DNA of 64,000 nucleotides from Scenedesmus sp. PABB004. Taxonomy: Eukaryota. A program made the translations under genes and the position numbers. The notes under the pieces were generated by a model. The model ran no database searches. It was not told the origin of the DNA and worked only from the letters and a program-made list of their open reading frames with translations. Below are positions 12,518 through 24,955 of the stretch, in pieces (position 1 is the stretch's first letter; each line of letters starts with the position of its first letter). The stretch spans positions 1,984,001 to 2,048,000 of the forward strand of contig JABVCE010000002.1 in NCBI GenBank assembly GCA_014905635.1. The letters are read 5' to 3'.

Positions 12518-12746
12518 CAGCTGCCCGCGGCGCTGGCGGCCGGCGCTGCCGCCGCGCCGCGCCGCCGCGCCGCCGCGGGAGGCGCCGCGCTGTGGTTTGA
12601 GCGCGGGGCTCTGCGCGGCGGCGACGCGGCGAAGGCCGCCGGTGCGCTGGAGCTCGAGCTGAACTCGCCCCGCGCCCGAGGCAGCAGCCGCCCGCCCCGC
12701 CCGCGCCGCGCCCGCGCCGTGCTGCGAACGCCGCCGCTGCTGTTGC

Positions 12747-13885
12747 ATGCTCCAGCTCCAGCGCGCGTCCTGCGCGAGCCGTCTGCGGTCTGTGGTGGCG
12801 TGTCCGCGGCTGCGCCGCACGTACAGCGCGGCGGGCACGGCAGCCATGGCGCAGGGCCCGCGCGGCGCCTTCATCCTGTTTGAAGGCGTCGACCGCAGCG
12901 GCAAGAGCACGCAGTCCGCCAAGCTCGCGGCCGCGCTGGAGGCGGCAGGGGTGCGTCGTGGCGCGAGGGCAGCGGGCGGAGCGGGGCCCGCGCGCCGCCG
13001 CGGCCGCGGCGCGCGCGGCGCGACCCCGCCGCCGCTGCTGTGCCCGCTGCGGCCCCGCGCGCCGCCGCCAGGTGCCGGTCGCGGCGTGGAACTTTCCCGA
13101 CCGCGTCAACACGGTCACGGGGCACGCGATCAACGACTACCTGGCCGGCAAGCGCGAGCAGGACGACGCGGCGATCCACCTGCTGTTCAGCGCCAACCGC
13201 TGGGAGAAGCGGTGCGCCGGCGGCGCAGCGCCCGCGGCGGCGCCCGGCGCCGGCGCGGCCACGCCGCCCGCCCGCTCGCCCGCCGCCGCACCACAGGGCG
13301 GCGCTGCTGCAAGCGCTGCAGTCGGGCACCACGCTGGTGGTCGACCGCTACGCCTACTCGGGTGCGCGGACGCGCCAGCTCGGCGCGCAGCTGCGCACGG
13401 CACGGCACGGCGGCGGCGGCCGGCGCGCGCGGGCCAGCGACGCGCCCGGCCGCCGCGCCCGACCGACGGCGCGCTGCGCGGCGCCACGCACAGGCGTGGC
13501 CTACTCCGCCGCCAAGGCCGCGCCCGGCATGGACGCGGCCTGGTGCGCCGCGCCCGACCAGGGCCTGCCCGCGCCAGACCTGGTCGTGTACCTCGAGCTC
13601 GGCGCCGCGCAGGCCGCGGCGCGCGCGGGCTTTGGCGGCGAGCGCTACGAGCGCGCCACGTTCCAGGACCGCGTGCGGGCCGAGTTTGAGAAGCTGAAGG
13701 ACCCCGCCTGGCTCGTGCTCGACGCGGCGCAGCCGGCCGAGGCCATCGCCGCGCGCGTGCTCGCGGAGGCGCTCGACGTGGTCAAGCGCTGCCAGGAGGG
13801 GCAGCCCATCCAGCAGCTCTGGGACAGGCGGCCCTACCAGGGCGACGCGCCGGGCGGCGGCGCGCCGCTGGCGGGGCCGCAGTAG
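12747..13885 (+). CDS. TMK: Thymidylate (dTMP) kinase, 4 exons, two in-frame starts (12747, 12846)
   Basis: RGAFILFEGVDRSGKSTQ (P-loop), FPDR, IHLLFSANRWEK, TLVVDRYAYSG, GLPAPDLVVYL, GFGGERYE. Confidence 0.95.
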
Positions 13886-14454
13886 CTAGCAGCACGGGGC
13901 GCGCGCGTGCGGCGCTGTGTGCTGGGCCATGAGAGTGCTGGCACGAGAGGCGGGCGCTGTGTGCTGCGCAGCTGGGAGGTGCCACCGCCGTGCGGCCGAG
14001 TTGTGTGTTGTGGCAATTGCCGCGGCGGTCGGCCGCGGCCCGCGGGGGAGCACACTGCAACAGCAAGAGCGCTGCGCGTCGGTCACACGCGCGCGAGCGC
14101 GCCGCCGCGGGTGGCCGCCGCACGCGGGAGCCGGGCCCGCCGCCGCGCGTCTCGCCCCCGCCGCCGCCGTGGTCCCTGCCCTGCCCCGCCCCCTCGCTCG
14201 CGTCACGCACGAAGAATACGCTGCTGCCGCTGCTGCTGCTGCCACAGCTGCATCCGCGGGATGGGTGCTGAGCAATGCACACTCAAGAACTGGAGGCGCG
14301 GCACGTGCACGCCGCCGCGCCCCCGCCGCAGCCGGCGGCCGCGCGGGCGCCGCGCCGCGCTCGCGGCGGCGCGGCCGCCGCCGTCCGTCCGTCCGCCGCC
14401 GCAGCCGCTGCCGCTGCCGCAGCCGCTGCTGCCGCTGCCCCGCGGTGCTGCTGC

Positions 14455-14566
14455 CTACTTGCAGGCGGACTTCATGAACGCGATGAGGTTGGTGCGGTCC
14501 TCGGGCTTCTTGAGGCCAGCAAACACCATCTTGGTGCCGGGGATGTACCTGCGGCGACGCGCACGC

Positions 14567-14607
<41 letters not shown>

Positions 14608-15391
14608 AGCGTGAGCACGCGGACCGAGCGGACCGACCTGGGGGCCGCCATCCGCGCTGCCCCAAACCCGCTGCTCCGGCCCCTGCTGGCGCCCCAGGCC
14701 CTGGCACGTCGTGGGATGCCCCTGCGTCCCCGCCCCGCCTCACTTCTTGGGGTTGAGCAGGTAGTCATACAGCGTCTCCTCGCTCCACACGACCGCCTTC
14801 TCCTTGTTGGCCTTGCTGTACGCAAAGCCCGCGGCCTGGCCCGACGTGCGGCCGAAGATGCCGCCCAGGTTGGGGCCCTGGGGGGCGCCGCGGGGGGGAG
14901 GGGCGGCGGCGGCGCCCGGGCGCGGGGTCGGCGCGCGGCGACGGCACCGGGTGTGGCAGCGACACGCGCCGCGCAGCGGCGACGCCGCGTCGCCGCCGCG
15001 GGAGCGGCCGGCCACTGCTCGGGCGGCGCTGGCGCGGGGGCGTGCGTGGCGCGGGGCGCCGGGCAACTGGCGGGGCCAGGAGCGCCGCGGCTGGCGCCGG
15101 GCGTGAAGGGCTTGCTGCTGCCGCAACGCTTGCTCATCCCGCGCGCCTGGCCCCCCGCGCTCCCCGTGCGCCCGCCCAGGGCTGCAACGGTCGCTGGCGC
15201 ACCTGCTTGTGGCCGCCGCCCGACTCCGCGACGTGGCACTGCGCGCACTTGGTCTGCGATGCGCGGCAGCGTGGGCGGCGTGGGCCCGCGCGCCGGCGTG
15301 GGCCCGCCCCGCGCGGCGTGCGGACGCGCACCTTGAAGATCTTCTCGCCCACCGCCGCGTCGCCGGCGGGGGCCTCAGCGAACGACGCCAT
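14455..15391 (-). CDS. CYC1: Mitochondrial cytochrome c, 4 exons
   Basis: [20 protein letters not shown] | [17 protein letters not shown] | [14 protein letters not shown]...[10 protein letters not shown] | [30 protein letters not shown]; CxxCH haem motif. Confidence 0.97.
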
Positions 15392-15867
15392 CGCAGGCGA
15401 TCGAGCGGCGAGCTGCGTTGGTGGGTTGCGCTCTCGGCGGCGCGGGGGGGGGGCGGCGGGCGCGGTGGGGACGACTGCGCCCCGAGCGACGAGCGTCGCG
15501 CGCCGGGCAGCGGGCCGGCCGGCGAGCAGCAGGGCGCAAGGGCGCACCGGTGTGCCAGCAGCTCGGGGCGGCTGAGGCAAGTCGCTCGAACGGGAAGACG
15601 TGGCGTTGTGCCGGCGCTCCGCCGCCGACCGCCGCCGCCGCGCGACGCCCGGCCGCCGCGCTGCCCCCCCCCCCCCCCCCGCCGCGTGCACAGAGCGCGC
15701 GTCGCTTACCGCGCGCGCCGCCGCCCCACGCTCATCACGCCAGCCACTATCGTACAAGAAGAAGACGGCGCCGCGCACGCCCGCCCGGCGCGCCGCCGGT
15801 CCGGCCCCGCCCGCTGCCCCCGCTGCCCGCTGCCCGCGCGCGCCGCGTGCGCGCCGCGCGCCGCTGC

Positions 15868-18807
15868 TCAGGCGTCCTTCTTCTTTTTCTTCTTCTTCTC
15901 CGCGCTCTTGTCGCCGCCCTCGGCCTCGGCCTTGCGCTTCTTCTTGTCCTTCTTGTCCGCCTTGGCCGCCGCGTCGCCGTTGGCCGCCTCCTTGTCCTTC
16001 TTCTTCTTTGTCTCCTGCAAGGGAGGGAGAGGGAGAGAGAGACAGAGAGAGAGAGGGCGGCGGGTGAGCGGCGGCGGGCGGGCGGCGGCGAGAGCCAGGG
16101 ACGGGTGCGCGGGGCGCGGCCGGCGGCGGGCACAGCAGCGGCGCGCGGGCGGGCGCACCTTGGCCGGCGCGACGACGTCCGCGTCGGCGTTGTACGCCTT
16201 GGCCGCGCCCGCCGCGAGCCCACCGACGCCCGCGGCGGCCTGCTTGGTCGCCTCGTAGCTGGCCGGCTGCGCCTTGCCGCGCGGCTTGCCCGCCTCGCTC
16301 GCGAGCGTGCGGCCCTCCAGCTGCCGCAGGCGCGCCTCGACCTGCGCGCGAACGTGCGGCGCCGGCCGCCGCGTCGGTGCGACGCGCGCACCCACGCCCT
16401 GCCTGCCTGCCTGCGCCCCAGCCGCCTGCCCCGCCCACACCCGCGCCGCACCCGCGCGCGCCCCAGCGCGCCGCACCTTGGCGCGCGCCTCGGTGCCGAC
16501 CGTCGCGTCGGTCGTGTCGCCGAGCGCGTCGACGCGGATTGCGAGCGCGCACTTTGCGGCGAGCACGCGCGAGATCTTGCCCTTGTGCTTGGGCTGGCTC
16601 TGCCCGATGAGGCTCGCGTGGTAGATGAGGCCGTACTTGGGCGTCTCGTGCTTCGTCTTCAGCGCCCTGCGGCGCGGCGCCGCGGCGGGCAGCGGGCGGC
16701 GCGCGTGAGCGCCGGCCGCGCGAGGCGACCGCGGCGCGAGGCGACGCCGCCGCCGGCCCTCCCCCCGCGCCCCGGCCCCGGCGCGCGGCGCGCGCACCGG
16801 AAGAGCGCCTTCTCGGCACCCAGGATCTGCACCGTGCTCGCGGGCTGCTTGGCGAGCGAGATGAGGCTGCCTGCGTGCGCGATGAGCCGCGCGCCGACGA
16901 GCTCGCCGACGAGCACGGTCAGGTTGGGCGCGACCGCGGCCATGCGGGACTTGAGGTAGTCAAAGAGCTGCCCGCGGTACTCGCTGAGCTCAATCACCTG
17001 CGGGCGCGGCGAGGGCGGCACCGCGGTGAGGACGCGGCGACGCAGCGAGGGCGGCGGCGCGGCGCAACGTGCGAGGGCGGCCGCGTGGCGGCGGGCGGCC
17101 GCGCGGCGGCGGGCTGAGCGGGGCGCGCGGCGCGGCGCGAGGCGCGCGCCTGGTCGCAGAGGGCGAGGATGTTCTCCAGGTCCTCGCCGCTGATCTCGGT
17201 GCCCATGCTGATCTGCGCCGCCGCCTTGAGCGCCTCCTCAACGTCCGCCTCGAGCACGCCGCTGAAGTCGACGCCCGCCGCGCGGTCGCGCGTGCCCATC
17301 GCCTTGATCTGCGCGGCGCCGCGAGGGGGAGGGAGGGAGACAGCAGCGCGCGCGCGCGCCGCGTGAGCGCCGGCCGCCGCCGCGGCGGCTGCGCGCGCGT
17401 CTGGGCGCAGCACGCGGCGGCGCTGGGCACGCGACGGCGCTGCTTGACGGCAACGGCGGCGCTGCCGACAGGCGCGGCGCGGCGCGGGCGCGGCGCACCG
17501 CCTTGGCGTAGTGGATGTTGTCGGACACGATCTTGGTCATCTCTGGGAAGTGCCAGCCGTACCACTCGCGCACGCGCATCGCGTACGTGTTGAGCTCCTT
17601 GTCCAGGTCGTCCAGCAGGCCGATCGCCTGGCGCCGCGGCGCGCGCGCGGGCGCGGCGCGGGCCGTGAGCGCGCGCGGGCAGGGGCAGGCCGCAGCGCCA
17701 CAGCGCGCGCGCGCGCGCGAGGGGCCGCGGCGCGGCGGGTGACGGCGCGGCGTCGGGGGGTCGGCGGCGCACCTGGACGATCATGGTGTCGACCTTCTCG
17801 GGGCTGAACTTGAGCTTGTAGCGGCTGAGGCTGTGGCTCAGGCCGAGGCTCATCGGCCGCAGGTCGGCGGTGCCGAGCTCGCTGATCAGCCCGCCCAGCT
17901 GCGCGCGCACGCCGCGCGCGAGCTCCTGGATCGCCGAGCTGCGGGGAGCAGCAGGGGGAGCGGCGGGGTGAGCGGTGGGAGCGGGGCGGCGGCCGTCGGG
18001 AGCGGCCGCTGCCCACGCCGCCGCCGCTCCCACTGCCGCCGCTGCGCCCGTCGCCACCGCTGCTCCCGCTGCCACCGCTGCGCCCGCTGCCCCCACTGCC
18101 GCTGCGCCCGCTGCGCCCGCTGCGCCCGCTGCGCCCGCTGCGCACTTGTGCACGCAGGGGATGCTGAGCTTCTCCTTGATGATGCCGCCCAGCTTGGCGT
18201 CCAGCACCGCCAGCGTGTCGCCCTCGGCGTGCTTCTTGAGGAACTTTTTGAGGTCTGGCGGCGGCGCGGGCGCGCGCGTGGGCGGGCGCCGCGGCGCGCG
18301 TGCGGCCGCGCGGCCGCACGAGCGGCGCAGCTCCACACATCGACCGCGCGCCGCGGGGCGCACCTTTGCTGAGCTTGCTGTCCACGAGCGCCGTCGCGGC
18401 CGCGAGCGCCTCGGTGGTGTTGTCAAAGCGGCTGAACGCCTTGAGCTTGACCATCTGCGCGATCGGCGGCGCCCGCGGTGTGAGCGGCCCCGGCGGCAGC
18501 GATCGCTGCTGCCCGGCCGCGCGCGCGATCGCGGCCGCCGCCGCCGGCCGGGGGCCCGCGCCGCGCACCTTCTTGGCGGCATCGAGCGTCTCAAAGTCCT
18601 TGTAGAGGTCCTGAGGCGGCCGGCGGCGCGGCGCGGGCGCGCGGCGCCGTCGGCGGCTGCGGGCGGCGCGGCCGGCGCTGCGCCGCCGCCCGGCTGCCGC
18701 CGCCCGCCGGCGCCGCGGGCGCGACGCACGTCCGACTTGGAGAGCTTGTCCTCCTTGTTGACCTTGAACAGCGCGAAGCCCGCCGCGGTCTCGAAGAGCA
18801 GCAGCAT
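15868..18807 (-). CDS. NOP58: Nucleolar protein NOP58/NOP5 (box C/D snoRNP), ~11 exons
   Basis: [97 protein letters not shown]-rich tail. Confidence 0.95.
18000..18144. repeat. Degenerate 9-bp minisatellite (CGCTGCGCC-like) inside a NOP58 intron
   Basis: cgctgcgccc gctgcgccc gctgcgccc... units run right up to the intron donor (minus strand GTGCGCAGCG GGCGCAGCG GGCGCAGCG...). Confidence 0.8.
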
Positions 18808-19501
18808 CGCGCCTGCTGCTGCGGCGGCCGGCGCACGCGCGCCTGCTGCCGGGTGGTGGGGGGCGACGCAACGCCGCGACGGCTCCGGAGCGACGCGCGG
18901 CGCGGGCGTGCGGGCGCTGGGAGCGCCGGCGCAGCGATGCGCGGCGGCGCGGGGGCGCCGGGGCGCTGCGCGGGGTGCGGGGGCCGCGGGGCGGTGGTGG
19001 CGGAGCGAGCGAGCGTGGTGTGGGCCGGACGGCACCGCCGCAGGGCGGCGCGAGGGCCGCCCGCGCAAAGTGACAGTCAGCCGCTGGCTCGCTGCGAGCG
19101 GCGTCCCGAGGTCCCGGCGACAGCGCCGGCCACGCAGGCAGACCGCAGCCGCAGGCGCAGCCGCCGCCGCCGCCGGTCCGCGCTCCGTGCCGCCCGGGCC
19201 TCGCCGCGCCGCGCCGCTCCCCGCTGCCCGCGCACGCCGCTCGCCGGTCACGGCACGAGCTGCGCCGTGGTCTGCCAGCCGCGCGCTGCCCTGTCTCTGT
19301 GCGCGCCGCGCCGGCCGCCGCTCGCGGACCGCGCGGTGGACTGTCGTGCCGCCCGCGCCCGCGCCGCGCCGCCGCGGGCCCCCACGGGCACCGCCGGCGC
19401 CGTCACTCGGCGCCGGGGCATGCGCGGCGCCGCCGCGGCGGCCCAGCGACGGCCGCGCGCCGCCAGCGCGTAGCGCGCCGCGGCGCGCCCGGCGCGCCGC
19501 C

Positions 19502-22500
19502 ATGGCCGCGGGCTGGCTGCTGGGGGTGGCCATCAACCTGGTGGGCAGCATCCTCATCAACCTGGGCACGGTGCGGTGCGGCGGCGCGCCCGCGGCGCCT
19601 GCACCCCCGCCTGCTGCTGCGCGCGCGGCCGACGCGGTGCTGCCGGCGCGCGCAGAATGTGATGAAGCTGGGGCACAACAAGCGCGCCGCGCTGCTGGAG
19701 CCGCTCAGCGGCGCCAAGCCGCCCGTCAGGCGCGCGCGGCGCGCGCCGGCCGCCGCGCGCGGAGCGCGGCACGCGCCGACACGCGCCGCGGCGCTCGCAG
19801 GACGATCCGGGAGTGGCAGGTCGGCGTGGCGCTCTTCAGCGTGGGCAACGTCGCCAACTTCGTGTCCTTTGGTGCGGGCCCGCGCCGCCGCCGCGCGGCC
19901 GGCCCCGGGCCTTGGGCCCGCGCCGCTGGCATTGGGCCCGCGCCCGCAGCCGACCCCGCGCTCACGCGCGCCTGGCCTGTGCGCCGCACGCGCGCACGCA
20001 CAGGTTACGCGGCGCAGTCGCTGCTCGCCGCGATCGGGTGCGTGCAGTTTGTGTCCAACGTCTTCTTCGCGTCGCTCGTCCTGCGCGAGCGCGCGGGCGC
20101 CGCCGTGCTCGCCGCGATCGGCGCCATCGTCGGCGGCTGCGTGCTGCTCGTCTCGTTCGGCAGCCACGCGAGCGGGACGTACACGTACACTGACCTGCTG
20201 GCCCTCTACGGCCGGCCCAGCTACGTGTCCTACATGGCCGTCGGCGGCGCCGTCGTGGTCGCGTCGTACGCCGGCTTCTGGGCCTGCGGCCGCGCGCTCG
20301 CGTGAGAGCGAGGGGGCGCGGCCGCAGCCGGGCGGGCACGCAGTGTCTGCCGCCGCCCACGCGCTGCCGCCGCCGCCGCTCACGCGCCGCCGCCGGCGCG
20401 CGCAGGTCGCGCGGGCCGCGCGGCGCGCCGGTGTGGGCGGCGGCGCTGCCGGTGCTGTACAGCCTGTTCAGCGCCATCATCGGCACGCAGAGCGTGCTCT
20501 TCAGGCGCGGCGCGGAGCCGCGGACTCGGGCGGCCGGGCGGCAGCTGCAGGCGGCGCCGCGCCCGCGGCCCACCCCGCCTTGCCGCCCGCGCGCCGCGCC
20601 CCGCGCAGCAAGACGCTGGCGGTGCTGCTCCGTGCGACCGCGAGCGGCGACAACCAGGTGCGGCGGCGGCGTGCAGTGGCTGGCACTGGCGGTGGCGGCT
20701 GACCGCGCCCCGTTCGCCGCAGCTGGGGCGCTGGTTTGTGTGGGCCGTGCTGCTGGCGTTCCTCTTCACCGCGGTCTTCTGGGTCACGCGCCTCAACAAG
20801 GTGCGCGCGCGGCCCTGCCGCCCGCCCAATGGGGCCAGCGCGCGAACGCGGCGCCGCCGCCGCCGCCCCAGCTGACACGCCGCCGCCGCCGCCGCCGCCG
20901 CTGCTGCTGCAGGGCCTGCAGATGTTCCCCGCCATGGTCATCGTGCCCACGCTGCAGGCGCGCGGCGCGAGCACTCGCGGGCCGCGGCCGGACCGCCACG
21001 GCGCGCCGACCGCGCCGCGTCGACCGCGCCGCGCCGCGCCGACCGCGCGCCACTCGGCACAGATCTGCTGGACGCTCTTCAGCATCCTCAGCGGCATGCT
21101 CTACTTCCAGGAGTATCGGGGAATGGGCCGCCTGCAGGCCGCCATGTTTGCGCTCGGCGTCGCGGTACGCCCTGGCCGCGCCAGCTGCGCCGTGCCTGGC
21201 TTGCGCGAGGGGGCCGCCGCCCGCTGAACGTGCCGCCGCTCGCTGGCCGCGGCGCAGGTGGTCTTCGTGGGCGTGTACCTGCTGACGCAGGCCTCGGGCG
21301 CGGCGGCCGCGGCGCGCGCGTCGTCGGCGGGCGGCGGCGGCGGCGGCGAGCTCGCGGCCAAGGCCGCGCCCGCGCGTGGCGGCCCGCACGGCAGCGAGGA
21401 CGGCGGCGGCGAGCTGCTGGGGGTGGGCGCCGACCCAGGCAGCGGCGGGGGCGGCGGAGGCGCCGGAGAGCCGGGCAGCCCCGGCAGCGTCGGCGGCGGC
21501 CTGGAGCTCGCAGCGCGCGGCGGCCCCGCGGCGCTGCACCCAGGGCTGCTCAGCTTTGAGGAGGGCGACGAGGAGGCCGGCCTGGACGACGACGACGACG
21601 ACGAGGCGCTGTCGCAGCGCTCGCTGCTGGGCCAGCCGCCGCAGGCGGGCGGCCTCGCGCTCGGCGGCCTGCGGCTCCCGCCCCTGCGCTGGCCGGGGCG
21701 GGGCGGCGGCGGCAGCGCCGGCGGCCGCGCGCAGTGGCTGGCCGCTGCGGGCGCGCAGGTGTTGCCTGACTTTGCGAGCGGGGGGCCCGAGGGCGCCGCC
21801 GAGGCGGCCGCGCGCCGGCAGCAGTGAGCGGGGCCGCCCGGCGCGCGGGGGGCCGCGCCCGCCTCACAGGGCCCCGCGCGTGCGCGCGCGCATGTGCCCT
21901 GCCGCCGCTCCACGCCGCACCGCGCCCGCCCCGCCACACAGGCTGGCGCGGCTGCCGCTGCGCGGCGGCGTGACGGCGCTGTCGCGGCACGTCGCAGCCG
22001 ACTTTGGCCTGGACGAGACCGCCGCCGCGCGGCTGAGCCTCGGCCTGGGCGACAGCAGCATGCCCGGTATCAGCCTCTTTGCCATGCCCATGGCCGACCT
22101 CAACGGCCTGCCCGCGGCGCCGCGGCGCCGCGCGGCGGCGCCCTACGGCCGCCTGCCCGCGCGCAGCGGCGGCGGCGGCGGGGGCGGCGCGGCCGGCAGC
22201 GAGCCTGGCGCGGCGCCGCCGGTGAGCGCAACGCGGGGGGCGCAGCTGCGGCGCAGGGGGGCGCGCGCCGGGCGGCTCCGCGCCTGAGGCACCCGGCGCC
22301 CTCCGCCGCCCGACCCGTTGCCCCTTGCCCGCAGGCCGCCGCCGGCGCGGCGGGCTCAGCGCTTGCGCGCGCCAGCGAGCTCAGCGGCCCCTCGTTCAAC
22401 CGCGAGGCCGGGCTCGGCCCTGCCGCCGCGGCCGCCATCCGCGGGCTGCGCGCGGCCGCGGCGCGCGGCCTGCGGCGCGCGTCGTCCGGCGGCGACCGGC

Positions 22501-22832
22501 CGCAGGCGGGGCAGGAGCTCGCCGAGCTCGGCGGCGGTGGGGCGCAGCCGCGCGGCATCAACCCGCTCGCGTGCGCCATCGACGTCGCCCCGCCGCCGCC
22601 GCCCGGCCGGGCGCCCGCGGCGCTGGGTGGCAGCGGGCTGCTCGGCGACCTGCGCGCGGGGCTGCGCGGCCTCGTGGCGGGCGTGGCGGGCGGCCGCGCC
22701 TACGAGCGCATGACCGACGACGACACGCAGCTGCTGCTCGGCGCCGGCGGCGGTCCGGGCGAGGGCGGCGGCGGTGCGGGCGAGGGCGGCGCAGTGGCCG
22801 GCGCGCGCCGCACGGCGTCGGCGGGGCTCTGA
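19502..22832 (+). CDS. NIPA-family probable Mg2+ transporter (plant NIPA8-like), multi-exon, long low-complexity C-tail
   Basis: MAAGWLLGVAINLVGSILINLGT | NVMKLGHNKR, WQVGVALFSVGNVANFVSFGYAAQSLLAAIGCVQFVSN, FWVTRLNKGLQMFPAMVIVPTLQICWTLFSILSGMLYFQEY. The 3' exon structure is less certain. Confidence 0.88.
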
Positions 22833-23296
22833 CGATCGCCTGCTTGCGTGCCTGCGTGCTGCTGCTGCGTGGGGGGAGGGGTTTCACAATGCTGCGCTGT
22901 GCAACCGTGCGAGCGTCGGGTTGGCGACGGTCGGTTGCGCGCTGCGCGCCGCGCGAGCCGCGACGGCCGATGCGGCGGGAGCGGCGGCGGCGGTAGTGGC
23001 GCTCTGGCCGCCGGAGCTCTCGCTCATCGTCACAGGCACACGGCGAGGCCATGGCAGAACCGCGGGCGTCGGCGCAGCAGTTGGCATCACCTAAGCCGCC
23101 CCCTCTCGCGGTCCACTCCCTCCACCGCCCTCGCTCACGACAAACCGCACCACCGCGATCGAACGCCTGCGTGCGCCCGCGCCGCCCGCCCGCGCCCCGG
23201 CAAGGAGCAGCAGCAGGCCTCGCTCGAACAGGTCGCTCCCCGCCCGCCAGGCAGCGCCGACCGCCCGGGCGGGCGCGGCCTCGGCGTATTGACGCC

Positions 23297-24694
23297 ATGG
23301 CGGAGTCGCAGGTGCGCGACGGACGGCGCGGCCCGGCGCCGGCGGGCGGGCGCGGCGCGCTGCGAGGGGATCCATCGCCGCCGCCGCCCGCCGTCGCCGC
23401 CGCACGCCGCGCACGCCGGCCCTGCGCCCACCCTCGCGCAGTACTCCTTCTCGCTGACGACGTTCAGCCCGAGCGGCAAGCTGGTGCAGATCGAGTACGC
23501 GCTCAACGCGGTGGCGGCGGGCGCGACGTCGCTCGGCATCAGCGCGACCGACGGCGTCGTGATCGCGACCGAGAAGAAGCTGCCCAGCATCCTCGTCGAC
23601 GAGGCCACGGTGCAGAAGATCGTCGCGCTGACGCCCAACATCGGCGTCGTGTACAGCGGCATGGGGCCCGACTACCGCGTGCTCGTGCGCAAGGCGCGCA
23701 AGACGGCGGCCGCGTACTATCGCCTCTACAACGAGCACATACCCGTCGCGCAGCTCGTGCGCGAGACCGCGGCGGTGATGCAGGAGTTCACGCGTGAGCG
23801 CGGGGCCGCGGCGCGGCGGGGGGCGGCGCGCGCGCGGGAGCGGGCGGGGCGCGGGGCGCGGGCCCCGGGCGCGGGGCGTGCGGCGCGCCACGCCACGCCG
23901 CGCCGTGCCTCGCGCTGCCGCGGCGGCGGCGCCGCCTGCTCCCGCGCGCATGCCGTCGTCGCCATTCTCTGCGGTCGCCGGCGGCGGCATGCGCGCGGGA
24001 GCAGGCGGAGCCGGGGCGCAAGGGGGCGCAGGGCGTGCGCCGCACCGCGCCGCACCGCACCGCGCCGCACCGCACCGCGCCGCGCCGCGCCGCGCCCCAC
24101 GCTGCCGCGGCCGCGGCGGGCCGCGCGCAGAGTCGGGCGGCGTGCGGCCGTTTGGCGTGTCGCTGCTGCTGGCGGGCTACGACGACAACGGGCCGCAGCT
24201 GTACCAGATCGACCCCAGCGGCTCCTACTTCGCCTGGCAGGCGCGCGCGGCGCGCGCGCGCACCTAGGCCGGGCGCCGCCGCCGCGGTGCGCGCGGCCGG
24301 CACCAGCGGCGCGTGGCTCCACGCGCAGCCGCGCCGACGCGCGCCTGTGCATTGCGCGCCGCGCGCCGCAGGCGTCGGCGATTGGGAAGAACATGACCAA
24401 CGCCAAGACGTTCCTGGAGAAGCGCTACAACGACGAGATGGGCCTCGAGGACGCGGTGCACACGAGCCTCCTCACGCTCAAGGAGGGCTTCGAGGGCCAG
24501 GTCTCGGGCAGCAACATCGAGGTGGGATGCTGCCGTCGCCGCGCCGCGCCGCGCGGGGGCGCTGCCCGGCGGCTCACGCGCGCTGCCGCGCGCCGCCGCG
24601 CCGCGCTCGGCAGGTCGGCGTCATCGGGCCGGACAAGAAGTTCAAGATCCTCACCGCCGCGGAGGTGCAGGACTACCTGCAGGAGGTGGAGTGA
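23297..24694 (+). CDS. PSMA2: 20S proteasome subunit alpha type-2, 5 exons
   Basis: MAESQ | [21 protein letters not shown]...[12 protein letters not shown]...[19 protein letters not shown]...AKTFLEKRY...DYLQEVE*. Confidence 0.97.
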
Positions 24695-24710
24695 GCGCCG
24701 CGCCACGCGC

Positions 24711-24715
24711 TGTAA
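24711..24715 (+). terminator. TGTAA polyadenylation signal of proteasome alpha-2
   Basis: TGTAA 16 nt after the stop codon. Confidence 0.6.
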
Positions 24716-24955
24716 CATACGCCGCCGAGAGCCGGGCCGCGCCGCGCGCCGAGCGGCCGCCACGTCGCCGCGGCGCAGCGCTGTGCCGCCGCCGCCGCCG
24801 CGCGGCCGGCCGCCGCGGTCGCCGGGCGCGCCCCCTCTGTGCACGCGTCCCAGAACCAGCCCTCTCTCCCGTCGCGACGCTCGCCGCGCCCGCCCCAGCC
24901 CGCCAGGCCGCCGCGCCACCGCGCTCGCCGCTCTCCTGCCGCGCACGCAGTCGCA

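Noticed and set aside
14455..14457. Possible stop-codon reassignment
   Set aside because: TAG ends cytochrome c at the expected position and TGA ends most other genes; no in-frame stops inside conserved exons.
8292..15391. Functional operon-like cluster (POLH/TMK for DNA metabolism, COX19/cytochrome c for respiration)
   Set aside because: Mixed strands and unrelated neighbours; adjacency of housekeeping genes is expected by chance in a dense genome.
15868..18807. Intronic box C/D snoRNAs in NOP58
   Set aside because: No paired RTGATGA/CTGA boxes seen by eye in these short GC-rich introns; a covariance-model search would be needed to exclude them fully.
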